DNA from: Flaccisagitta enflata
Lineage: Eukaryota
Length of the DNA stretch: 64,000 nucleotides
Assembly: GCA_965153355.1 (NCBI GenBank)
Contig: OZ231126.1
Span: 47,678,001-47,742,000 of the forward strand
Direction of reading: 5' to 3'
The notes under the pieces were generated by a model. That model saw only the letters and a list, made by a program, of their open reading frames with translations. It was not told the origin of the DNA and made no database searches. Positions 52,249 through 64,000 of this stretch are shown here, piece after piece (position 1 is the stretch's first letter; each line of letters opens with the position of its first letter). Both the position numbers and the translations under genes were made by a program.

Positions 52249-53636
52249 TTGAGTTAGAGAAAACCTGTCAAGAGTGTCAACAACAGTCAACATGGCGTTT
52301 AACTCATTGCAGTTGATCACCGAATTGAGTAAAATTGGGAGAGAAAAAAGTGCAAGTGACGCGGGGTCACAGTATTGTTGCGAACGGGTGGGCACTGGGC
52401 AGGGACGTCCAACCTTTGTCCCCCCCCCCCCCACACACACATGCACACATAATCATCCAAAACACTCGTTTTCCACTTTTCGACCTATGCCTACGGACAG
52501 ACCAATGGACGAACGGACAAAGTCTTATAGAGTTGCGTGTCCGCAACTAAAAAGTCAAGTCGAAAAATTTTCAGCAAGAGAATAGAGAAAGGCCAGCTGA
52601 CATGACGGCTGGGCTTTAATTCTTTTTTATATTTCACTCTGCCCTCCTCTTTAGTATTTTCAAAAAAAAACAAGGTCAGCAAACCTTAGTCGCGTGGTAG
52701 TAAAGGTAATATAGGTAATGAAGGCAATAAAGATAACTATAAGTATCTATATCTTCCTATAATTACCCATAGTTACCCACAACTACCTGTAAATACTTAT
52801 AATTACCTACAATTACATTTACTTGTGTATAATTATTTATAATTACCCATAATTTCCTATAATAATCTCAATTTATAGTCCCAGGCAACTTTTCTGACTC
52901 ATGTAATACAAATTGCTAAAGTACCTATATTTACCTAAAATTACCTATGATTACCTGTAATAACCTTTAAAATGACGATAGAGCCTATATTTTAAAAATG
53001 TGACCGACCGACCGACATAGCGGCTTCTAATTCTTGAGTCGCGTTCACGCGACTAAAAAAAAAGAAAGCACAGAGGAGAAACGCCTCTGGCGACTCATTT
53101 CATCCATTTCAGCGCTTCTTTTGCCCACAGGCGCCCTTTCACACGCACTCGACGAAGAGGACGAAGAGGAGGGGGGAAGACGAGGAGGAGAAGACTAAGA
53201 AAAAGAGGAGGGAGAAGAAAATCAAGGCTCTTACTTCGTCAGTTGAACACCGCGTAAAAGAAGTATAACAGTGAAAAATGAAAAATTGAAAAAAGGAAGG
53301 AAAAAAGTGAGCGTCAATTCGGAAACGAAAAACCGACCAAAAATTTTCGAAAACGAAAAAAGAAGAAAGAAAGGATATTTTTTCAGCGTAAGACTCGAAG
53401 CAACGAAAAAAAAAGAGAACAAGATGCTTTTATCCTTTTAACGCCGATGGCAGAATATATTTCGAAGAAACTCTCCACGTCAAAAGTTTTTTTCGTGAAA
53501 AAAAAAAAACAAAACAAAAATAACTCAGTGGAGAAAGAAAAACTCAACTCCTCTGGTTGGATGGACAGAAAAAAATAATTGTAATATATTTTGAAATTCA
53601 AATCAGCTTCCATATAAAATAAATCAAGCAGCTACG

Positions 53637-54111
53637 ATGATCCAAATTCCTCTCATTAAAAGACCACGACCCTCGCCCTCTCCTTCGGTAAGTTCAGTAA
53701 GGACGTTTGAATCGTGACTCATCAATGGTGATGGGGGTTTTCGTGTCGGTTCACTTATTTTGTCTTTTTGTGCAACGTATTGTTATTTTTGTTCATTTTA
53801 GCGTCATAGTAAAAAGAAAATAAAGAATAAGAGAAAAAAGAGAATGAAAGAAAAAAAGAGGAAAAAAAGGAAAAAAGGAACAAAAGAAAAATGAGAAAAT
53901 AAGAAAAAAGAAAGAAAAGAAAGAAAAGAAAGAAAAGAAAGAAAAGAAAGAAAAGAAAGAAAGAAAGAAAGAAAGAAAAGAAAGAAAAGAAAAAAGAAAA
54001 AGAAAGAAAAAAGAAGAAAAGAAAGAAAAAAAGAAGAAAAAAGAAAGAAAAAAAGAAGAAAAAAGAAGAAAAAAAAGAAAGAAAAAAGAAGAAAAAAAAA
54101 AGAAGAAAAAA

Positions 54112-54167
<56 letters not shown>

Positions 54168-56048
54168 CATAACGAAACGAAATAACGAAACGAAATAACG
54201 AAGATAAGACAATGGAAACTTTCTTTTTTTGACAGCCCCCTCATAACAGTGCTTTGGCTGCGCAACCGACGAATCCATCACCTCCCCTTCCTCTGTCACT
54301 TTCAATGCGTGACTACAGAGAAAATGTCAGCCATAGTCATACTCATCCTACTACGACAGGTAAGCATCTTTTTTTTTAATCTGGATCTGTTTGCCAACAT
54401 TTTTAGTCGCGTGCACGCGATTCAACAACCCGCTTTGTCCGTCCGTCTGTCTGTCGGTCGGTCCGTGTATCAAACTTTACTTTTTTTTATTACTTTAAGT
54501 CAATTTTAGTCATTCTAGGTTATTTCAAGTCACAAGTTATATTAAGTCACTTAAGTCAATTCAGTCATTTAGGTTAATTTACATCATTTTAAGACATCTT
54601 CGGTCATTAACGGTCAATTTTAGTTATACTAGATTATCTATGTCCCCCATGCGACTTATAGGTGTTGGCCTTGTTAGTGCACACACAAGTATAAGACAGG
54701 GTTTTTCGTATAGGTGCTCAAATAGTTGTCAATCCTCAACTTCGAACGTTGCGAAGTTACAACGCCATGCGGTCAAAATTGCAATTGCGGTCACAAAATC
54801 GTCGCGGGCCGGTGGGCAAGGGCCTACAGTAGATGTCGTCTAGACTTGGAAATACGGGGGAGCTCATAACCAGAGCATCAGTAAAATGAGGGGACTGATA
54901 TTCTGCTGATATAATGTATAGACCCTAAGGGGTTGACGATGAGGTATGGCATCCTCCTACGGCTTACCCTAGGAAAAAATTTTTTAGGATCAATCACTTT
55001 TTTGCAGAATATCAGCTTCATCCATTTGCTTTAAGTGCAAAACCAGTCTGGGATTCGAACCTGGAACCTTTGACTAAATAAACTGATCAAGATAAACCTG
55101 AAGTCAAATGAGTTTACTACCAGACCAATTCCAGAAGCCGAATCAATCTAGCGAATTTGATTTAGTATATTCAAAAATTTTTTCTATTAACAGAGTTGCC
55201 ATACCCCATCTGCAACTCTATACGACATAAGCATTATACACACAGTTTCATTTCATTTGAACAAATGGTATTTAGGATATGAGGGCCCCCGCTTTTCCAA
55301 GTATAGACGACATCTACTGTACATCCCCCTTTATAACAACCGTTTACACACAAACAAGCAAGGCGGCTCTTCCATTCTTAACTCAATCACTGCCGACGAA
55401 CCGACAATTCGACTTATGAACGGATGGAACAATAGACAAAGTTGGATAAATTGATCCCGCGACTTACTGACGATACTACTTGCAACGCAACGGTCGAGAT
55501 GGAGTTTTTTGAGAAGTCGTTCGAGAGAACGTTTGAGGAAGAGGATGAAACGCAGGACGAGACGGCCCGAGGGCAGAGAAAGTGGATCTAGTGGACCCAT
55601 AACACGCACTGGAATTTAGAGAATCAAAGAATCTTCTTGTCGGCCGATGGCATTAACCAAACAAATCATCACTGTTTTGGTTTAACAGCGACGTCTTTCT
55701 CCACGACTTCTTCCGACCTTCGAGGGCCAAGTGCGGTGACGATCAAGCGAGAGGTCGGAGTCCCCTCCTCATCGACCAGCAGTTCCAACGTCGGCCTCGG
55801 AATCCCTCGTTCAGCCTCTCTCACAACGTCCAACGCCCCCGTCCACGTCGACGTGGGAGGCACGCTGTACACCTCGTCGTTGGAAACCCTTATAAAGTGA
55901 GTGAGAGAGTGAGAGAGAGAGAGTGTGAGTGAGTTAGTGAGTGAGTGAGTGAGTGAGAGAGAGAGAGAGTGAGAGAGAGAGAGAGTGAGAGAGAGAGAGA
56001 GTGAGAGAGAGAGAGAGAGAGTGTGAGAGAGAGAGAGAGTGAGTGAGT

Positions 56049-56119
<71 letters not shown>

Positions 56120-59074
56120 TGTGTGAAAACAAGGCCAATACCTTTAAGTCGCGTGCGGGACGTGAATGACTAAACATTTAATTGTTAACAAAATGTTTTT
56201 GAAAAACAACCAAAAGAAATGTCATAGACACATACATAATAGAAAAATAGATAAAGATAGGAAGATATAAAGGTACACAAGCTAAATGACCAAAACATCT
56301 TTAAATAACTTTAATTAACTGAAGTGACTAAAATAACCTAAATATAAATAGACGTTAGATGACTAGAAACAATTTCAATTAACTGAAAGAACTGAAATAA
56401 CTTCTTAAAAAAAAAAGATTAAAAATCATCCAAAATCTTAATATGACCAACGGACCGACAGAGCATGACAGAGTCACGTGCACGCGACTAGAAAGAGCGA
56501 GATAAAGGACAAAATGAAAATTTTTATCTCCCTAATCAAAACAGGTTTCCTGAATCGCGTTTGGGCAAGATGTTCAACGGTAACATTCCCATCGTACTTG
56601 ACAGCATGAAGAATCATTACTTCATCGACCGAGATGGCAGATTGTTTCGCTACATTCTCAACTTTTGCCGAACAACCCAACTCGTCCTGCCAGACAACTT
56701 CGAAGAGTTAGATCTCCTTTACCAAGGTTATTTTTTGATGACGCAAAAGTTGAGACTGGCAACCACTAGGGCAATTAGTATGCGCGATATAATATCTTTT
56801 ATGATCTTTGCGGTGATGTTGCGCTTGGGCGGTGTGCACCATTGTGTAAGAGCGCTGCAGCAGGCTGCAACACCTCGGCTAGACGCCTACAATGCGGCAT
56901 AATGAGTTAATGACTATTCTCATCATTGATGCATCGTCATATAACAACTCCGTCGAGACATCACATGACCATCTAACCGTGCCCTCCCCATTACAGAGGC
57001 CCGATTTTACGACATTCCCCCTTTGGTAGCAGCGATACAACATCAGATGCGTCTCGGTGGGCGAGCTATCCCAAATCCAGTGGCAACTTCAGAAACCTTG
57101 ATGACCAGAACACCGGAATATGAATGCGTGACTGTCCACATTTCACCAGATATCGGTAAGTCTTACGAAATTCGCCATCGCGAGATGCCAGTGTCATTTT
57201 CATCGCACACATTCAGTCACTCGATCGAGGTATTATATGGTATTAATCCAATAGTCTCACCACAGCCCAGTAAAAGATTCGGCCAGTCTATGATACAGCA
57301 CTGACAAATCAAATTCGGGTCGTTCTTGATAACTAACTCAGGTCGTCCAAGACAACAAACTTCCGGCACTGCCTATCTTACTTATGTCACGGTGCAAACG
57401 AAGACATTCTTTGGACAATATTTATTATTTTTAAAATTTTTTTAAAAATATAAATAGGTTTATTACTAAGATTTCATATAATAAAACGAACTGGTAAAAT
57501 GAACGAAATCAAGAGGAATAATGCATTCAGTGGACTGAAATTTAACACTAGGGGAGCTATAATATAGTATTTTCCAAAACCGAGGCAAAATTGTACACCC
57601 AGGAAAATGCGTGGTTCTCAGAAAGTTTTATATCAAAATTCCAGTGAAAGATTTTGACGAGGAAATCTTTGATGATAAGACAACATAAACCTGCTCAAGA
57701 TTTATCACAAAAACAGCAAGAAAACATCAATTCTCTATTTTTTTTATCACTCTAACAAAAATGATTTAACAATACCAATATATCAATGATGATTAAAAAA
57801 TATTAAAACCTCTTATTAAATAGATTGGTTTTAGCGACAAATTTGAAGCTGTATTAAACCTAAATTTTACATTATATCATTTGATCATGAATACCCTAAT
57901 ATCTTCTAAACCAATACTCAGAATTCACTGAAGTTTTGCAGGGGAGCTTTGATTGCTGCGATGAACCTTCACAACAAGTTTGAACAACATTGTTGAACAT
58001 TTACTACCTTTCCCCTATGTAAATTGCATAAGTCCAAGAATTAATATTACAAGCAAAATACCCTAATATCTTCTTAACCAATTCTCAGAATTATCTGAAA
58101 TCTTGCAGGGGGGCTTTAATTGATGCAATAAACCTTCTCAACAAGCTTGAACAACATTGGTGAACCTTTACTACCCTTCCCCTATATAAATTGCACAAGT
58201 CCAGGAATTGATATTAATACAAAAATAATAGGCAAAGATTATCAAATATTTATGAATTATAAATATTGTTGAAAACTAGTAAACAGGTTTGTAATGCCCT
58301 AAAAATAACATTGACCAAGTTTCATCTACATCTGAGTTATGGTTCAAGATTTTAATAGTTTACACAACAAACACTCACTACACGATCAAGGCTATGTTAT
58401 AAGCCATATCGAAAAATAACTCGATTTAACCAAAAACAAAATATACTTTGATTTATTACAATATAAAAGTAAAGTAGGTTTTAAACATGTTTGGTTGTCT
58501 AATTTTGCCTTCGTTTGCACTTGGACTTATGTTTTAATTTTGATCTCGAATCAAATCTGATCTAACCTAGACCTGAGAAATTATTAGGTGATAAATCTAT
58601 GCATTTTTCGCCCATTTGACAATAACGATCACATCGCATCGTGGAGGGACAGAAGTTTGTATGAAAAGTGGAACAATATCCCTCACTATACCCACACTGA
58701 AATATACGGAAGAGGGCCTTGTGAACCCTCACTGACTAGGTTATACGCGCACCACTCCTAGTTTTCCAAAAAACAGAATCTGAATAACATTTCTTCTCAA
58801 TCTAACCCAAAAGCAAACTGCTTTCCAAAAGTGGTTAGGGCACTGATTGTTACTGTGATACGTCCGGTATAATCGGTCATCTATGTATAAGCATTTCTCT
58901 TGAAAACCAGCCGGAGAACGTGTGGCTATTTCCGCCCAAAAGGGATTATTAGAGGAAGTGTTCCCCGAGTTGGCTACGGCGCTGACTGACGGCAGAAACG
59001 CCGGCTGGACTTGTGGTCAAGGATTCGTTATCAGATTCCCAGTCAACGGATTCTGTAAACTGAACTCGCTGCAG
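53637..59074 (+). CDS. KCTD15: BTB/POZ domain protein KCTD1/KCTD15-like (3'-partial)
   Basis: Phase-consistent GT-AG exons: 53637-53687, 54236-54359, 55689-55896, 56545-56726, 56997-57155, 58911-59074. Peptides [98 protein letters not shown] and [16 protein letters not shown] match the KCTD1/15 family. The first two exons are inferred from splice signals and frame only. The final exon was not found in the window. Confidence 0.92.
55041..55135 (-). pseudogene. Degenerate tRNA-like sequence (tRNA pseudogene or SINE head)
   Basis: On the minus strand: A-box-like TGGTCTGGTAGTAA, stem TTTGA..TCAAA split by an ~25-nt insert, B box GGTTCGAATCCC. The acceptor stem does not pair. Confidence 0.4.
57345..58425. 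mobile_element. Helentron/Helitron-like non-autonomous element with a 167-bp tandem core
   Basis: ATACCCTAATATCTTCT recurs at 57891 and 58058. The end CTACACGATCA..GCTAT is shared with the 62.5 kb element. The left boundary is approximate. Confidence 0.55.
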
Positions 59075-59208
59075 GTATGGTTGCTTATTGATGAGTTCCA
59101 CAGCTGATAGACTGAATATGAAATCAATTGTCAGAGTATCCGGCACAAGCAAAAATAAAAACAGAATTATGCAGAAGCTGGAACTAATGCACCGTTTTTA
59201 AATCGATA

Positions 59209-59763
59209 CCCTGTCATCAAATACAACTGCAACGAAAGAAACCTTTATTGTGCCTTAAATATTCATATAGCGTAATTCTGCTTTGTATCATCTGAAAGCA
59301 TATAACCTACGGTTTTTTCATGCAAAATTTCATAGCACTGGCTCGCGGTTTGGATTTTACGTGATTTCTAAATTTGATGAGATTTTCCTCAAAAACATCA
59401 TTTTTGAGCAATTTTACATGTAAAAACTGTTCTAATTTCATGAAAATTAAATAAAAATGATTAGAATTCTCAAGAATACTTGTAAAAACATCAATTTTTT
59501 GTATTTATTAAATTTTTTCAACAATTGGAGTAATTTGGATTTATATTGTAATATTTCACTTTTCAAAATTTGCTCAAACTTGTTTACTAATTTTTTCACT
59601 CAAAAAGGTGTTGTGGCCAAACCATTTGAGCCAGGGCTTTGAAATTTTGCATGAAAAAACCGTAGATAATGTGCTTTTAGATAAAACAAAGCAGAATTCC
59701 TCAACATGAATGCTTTACGCACAATAAAGGTTTCTTTTGTTGCAGTTGCAATTGATGGCAAGG
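59209..59763. mobile_element. TA-flanked MITE with ~140-bp TIRs
   Basis: TA|CCCTGTCATCAA..CAACTGCAAC.AAAGAAACCTTTATTGTGC...CTACGGTTTTTTCATGCAAAATTTCA is mirrored at 59615-59763 (...GATGGCAAGG|TA). Confidence 0.85.
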
Positions 59764-60566
59764 TATGGCAAATAGTAAACCTTTGTAGCTCTAAAATTAC
59801 TAGTCTGAAAGCCTTCAAATTTTCAGTGAATGTTGGTAACAACCAACCCATTGCATAACGACTTCTGTAGTAACGCCATTTCCGGTATTCTCCATGGCAA
59901 CGTAACGCCATTTTGGCGTCTATATGGCGTTATTAAGGGAATTTTCATTGTTGTCATTGCTGTCACTGTTTTGTCCATCATTTTTGCACATTATGGATTT
60001 TTTGTGATCATTTGAAAAAAAAACTAAAGATAGAAAAAATGTTTTATATATATTTGCCATTAATAATAAATTTTTTTCATTTATCATTTTTCATTTTTTA
60101 TTTTTTATTTTTTACTTTTCATTTTTCACTTTTTACTTTTCATTTTTCATATTCCACTTTTCATTTTTCTTTTTTACTTTTTATTTTTCACTTTTTACTT
60201 TTTCTTCTTTTTCCTTTTTAACTTTTTTGATTTTTTCCTTTTTGAATTTTTCCACTTTTAATTTTTGATATACAGATTTTCTTTTTTCTCTTTTTTTAAA
60301 CCTTTAATATTTAAGGTTTTGTATTTAAATTCTAGTTTCATATACTTTGATTATTCATTCTTTAAAATTTTTACAAATTAGCATTTATATGTTTTTTTTT
60401 ATCAAGAATGTTTTGATAGAAAAAGACCAAATTTTAAAAATGATCAATCATTCTCCGACACGCTTAACATGAGATTCAATAACATCGACATAACATAAAT
60501 GCTGCAAGGATTCTCTTGGTTTTGGTCTCAGTCTCTGTAGTAATAACTTCAGAGATACAGTGACTA

Positions 60567-60609
<43 letters not shown>

Positions 60610-61065
60610 GACATTTCGTTTTATGTTTATTTACTAGCTCTAAATAGCTTTGAATAGCTTCAAATAGCTTCAAATAGTTGTAAATAGCTTTTGATAGCTT
60701 TATATAGCTTTAAATAGACCGCAACGACCAGAAACGAAGTCGTAATATGCAAAAATCGTAACTATAGTGTTTTTGATGCTATTGGGGAATAGCAAAACGT
60801 GACTAAAAACGGGTTTCCGAATTTTCTACGCAATCCATTGGTAACAACTGACCATTTTGTCATGTCTAAACTTGGATTCTAATACTGAATAGTTTGGGGT
60901 CAGTAAAACAAACGAAATATGCCCAATTTTCAGGGCTGAATTTTTTTTCTTGATTTATTTGAAAAGACTTGTCTTTATCAATGTACAGATGTCAAAAAAA
61001 TTGAGCTAGAACTCCGAGGTTGGTCTCAAATGATAGGAAATTTTTCAGAGATTACACATTTACCT

Positions 61066-61822
61066 AAAAAAGCTTCAAAATTACAGTCCCCGACTGGGGA
61101 CTGTAATTTTTGAAGCTTTCTCGTCGCGTAAACGCGACTCGAGAAGATACACTACAAAAAAATCTTAAAATCCAAAAAAAAATTTCATAAAAAATTAAAA
61201 AAATTTTTTAAAAAAAAAAATAAAAAAAAATTTCAAAAAAAAATTTCAAAAAAAAATAAAAATAAAAAAAAAAAAATTAAAAAAAAATTTTTTTTCGAAA
61301 AAAATTTTTTTGAAAAAAATTTTGAAAAAAAAAAATTTTTTGAAAATTTAAATTTTCAAAAAATTTTTTGAAAAGAAAAATTTTAAAAAAATTTTTTAAA
61401 AAAAAATTCAAAAAAATAAGAAAAAAATTAAAAAAATTTTTCTGAAAAAATAATTGATGTCCATGATGGCATGCATACCTTACAGTCCATGACAGCATGC
61501 CTTAAAGTCCATGACGGCATACCTTAAAGTCCATGACAGCATACCTTAAAGTCTATGACGGCATACCTAAAAGTCCATGATGGCATACCTCAAAGTCCAT
61601 GACGGCACACCTTGAACATTAAACACTGAAGTCCAAGAAGGCAAACCTCGGTCCTTGGAGTCCTTGACGGCAAACCTTTTTTTAAAGGAATGGCATGGGT
61701 TATTTTATGCAATATTAGCAATATCTGTGTATGTGCGTGTGTGTGTGTGTGTGTGTGTGCGTGCGTGTGCGTGCGTGCGCGTGCGTGCGTGTGTATGTGT
61801 GTGTGTATGTGTGTGTGTGCGC

Positions 61823-61853
<31 letters not shown>

Positions 61854-62594
61854 TGTACTCCCACAACAGTAATATATTCCTACATAAATAAGTTTATATC
61901 TCATAAACCAGACTTCAGATTTAAATCGAATTTTGCAGGAGCTGTTTAATTGACATTATTTACCTGTTTACTAAGTTTTAAAAAAATTCATAAACTTTTA
62001 CTACCCTTTGCCTATGAAAACTGCTTAAGTCCTAGTAACATATTACTACATAAATAAGCTAATATCTCATAAACCAGGCTTCAGATTTAATTCGAATTTT
62101 GCAGGGGTTGTTCATTTACTATCCTCTACTTGTATACCAAATTAAAAAAAAATTCAAAAACTTTTACTAACTTTTGCCTATGTAAACTGCTTAAGTCCTA
62201 GTAATATATTACTACATAAATAAGCTAATATCTCATAAACCAGACTTCAGATTTAATTCGAATTTTGCAGGGGTTGTTTAATTACTACCTTCTACTTGTA
62301 TACCAAATTAAAAAAAAATTCATAAACCTTTACTACCCTCTACCTATGTAAACCACCAAAGTCCCAGCTAAATAATACTACAAAAATAATAGGCAAAGGC
62401 TAGTAAAAGTTAATGAATTTTTTGGAAATTTGGTACACAAGCTCCTATTGACCTATTAACAACACCAGCAAAGTTTCATAAAATTCTGAAGTATGGATCC
62501 AAAAATATGAGGTTTTAAACGACGACGACAAACAGACTACACGATCACTGCTATCACATAGTCACCGACGAAAACTGTTCGTCGGGGACAAAAA
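61066..62594. mobile_element. Helentron-like non-autonomous element with terminal hairpins and 22-bp and 166-bp tandem arrays. A second copy starts at 62811 and runs off the window.
   Basis: The head AAAGCTTCAAAATTACAGTCCCC-GACT-GGGGACTGTAATTTTTGAAGCTTT is identical at ~61070 and ~62813. GTCCATGACGGCATACCTTAAA x~7 (61460-61615). A 166-bp unit recurs at 61895, 62061 and 62227. End hairpin GTCACCGACGAA..TTCGTCGGGGAC, then an A-run. Confidence 0.65.
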
Positions 62595-63369
62595 ATGAAA
62601 AAAGTTGGATATAGATTGAGGTTATCATTGGTTTTTGGCAATCATTGCTAAAATACAGACTGTCAATCATTTGAAAATCATTCAAATCTTCATGAATACG
62701 ATAAAATAATGAAATTTTCATGCAGAACTTCTATTCATGATTTGTAACTCTTCATTTAAGACCAACCCCAGGGTTCAAGCTTGCTTAATCAGGAAAAAAG
62801 CATTAAAAGAAAAAAGCTTCAAAATTACAGTCCCCGACTGGGGACTGTAATTTTTGAAGCTTTCTCGTTGCGTAAACGAAACTCGATGAGATATACGACA
62901 AAACAGCAATTTCAAGAAAAAAAATATTCAATATTGTTTTAATGATGACACAACTTGATAATGATAACAATAGTGGATGATGATGATGATGACAACAATG
63001 AATGATAATGACACCAAAAATCTATGAAAACAAGGCCAAGTAGGCCAATAAAGTGCGACGTGTGGATCGCCGAACGAATGCGTTACCCGACAGACAAACA
63101 GACAGACCAACGGACACAGCAAGTTATAGAGGTGCTTTGTCGCACCTAAAAATATTCAAAAAATTTTCCAAAAAAATTTTTGCAAAAAAAATTTTCAAAA
63201 AATATTTTAAAACTATTTTCAAAAAAAATTTCAAAAAAAATTTCAAAAAAAATTTCAAAAAAAAAATTCAAAAATTTCAAAAAAAAAATTTTCAAAAAAA
63301 ATTCAAAAAAAAATTTTTAAAAATCTTTTAAAAAATTTTCAGAAAGAATTTTGAAAAAATTTAAGTAGT

Positions 63370-63757
63370 CGAAGATCATGACAGTAGTCGAGGATGATGA
63401 TAGTAGATGAAGATGATGACAGTAGTTGAAGATGATGACAGTAGTTGAAAATGATGACAGTAGTTGAAAATGATGACAGTAGTAGAAAATGATGACAGTA
63501 GTTGAAGATGATAACAGTAGTTGAAGATGATGACAGTAGTTGAAGATGATGACAGTAGTTGAAGATGATGACAGTAGTTGAAGATGATGACAGTAGTTGA
63601 AGATGATGACAGTAGTTGAAGATGATGACAGTAGTTGAAGATGAGGACAGTAGTTGAAGATGAGGACAGTAGTTGAAAATGAGGACAGTAGTTGAAGATG
63701 ATGACAGTAGAAGAAGAAGATGACAATAGTTGAAGATGATGAAAGTAGTTGAAGATG
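63370..63757. repeat. 19-bp minisatellite (GACAGTAGTTGAAGATGAT)n, ~20 copies
   Basis: Directly visible. Confidence 0.95.
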
Positions 63758-64000
63758 AATCTTGAAATCCATGATGGCAAACCTAAAGAAAAATCAGAAT
63801 GTAATAAATGAGCAAGTAAACGAATTCATCAACTCCAAAACTCTATTCAAATCGCCTAAGTCCTAGTAACATATTACTACATTAATAAGCTAATATCTTA
63901 TAAATCAGACTTAAGATTTAATTCAAATTTTGCAGGGGCAGTTCAATTAATATCCTTTACTTGTATACCAAATTAAAAAAGAATTCACATAACTTTGCTA

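Noticed and set aside
55041-55135. Functional tRNA-Sec or opal suppressor (TCA anticodon)
   Set aside because: The acceptor stem is unpaired and there is no Sec-type long variable arm. It is a relic at best.
63317-63780. 134-151 aa repetitive ORFs
   Set aside because: These are translations of a 19-bp minisatellite whose period is not a multiple of 3.

Overview
Eukaryotic (invertebrate-type) genomic DNA, rich in microsatellites and non-autonomous transposons. All calls are by eye, with no database searches. (1) Bases 1 to about 7.2 kb hold the 3' part of a Ty3/Gypsy retroelement. It has an uninterrupted pol (RT-RNase H-integrase plus a long low-complexity tail) followed, in the env position, by an intact intronless ~850-aa ORF. 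That ORF looks like a captured MUT-7/Nibbler/EXD3-type protein with two DEDDy 3'-5' exonuclease folds, both lacking the catalytic residues. It is the main candidate for a novel system, a transposon-borne decoy of the small-RNA silencing machinery. (2) A 10-coding-exon GPR155/LYCHOS-like gene lies on the minus strand (35021 to 19260, 703 aa) and appears to end before the DEP domain. (3) A KCTD1/KCTD15-like BTB gene lies on the plus strand (53637 to beyond 59074), with its last exon not found in the window. The two host genes are head-to-head. Introns and intergenic DNA carry hAT, Tc1/mariner-, Harbinger- and Transib-like MITEs, a three-element nested cluster whose empty-site paralog is in the same window, and many Helentron/DINE-1-like (HINE) elements, some with 166-167 bp satellite arrays. 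Most short ORFs in the track are microsatellite artefacts.
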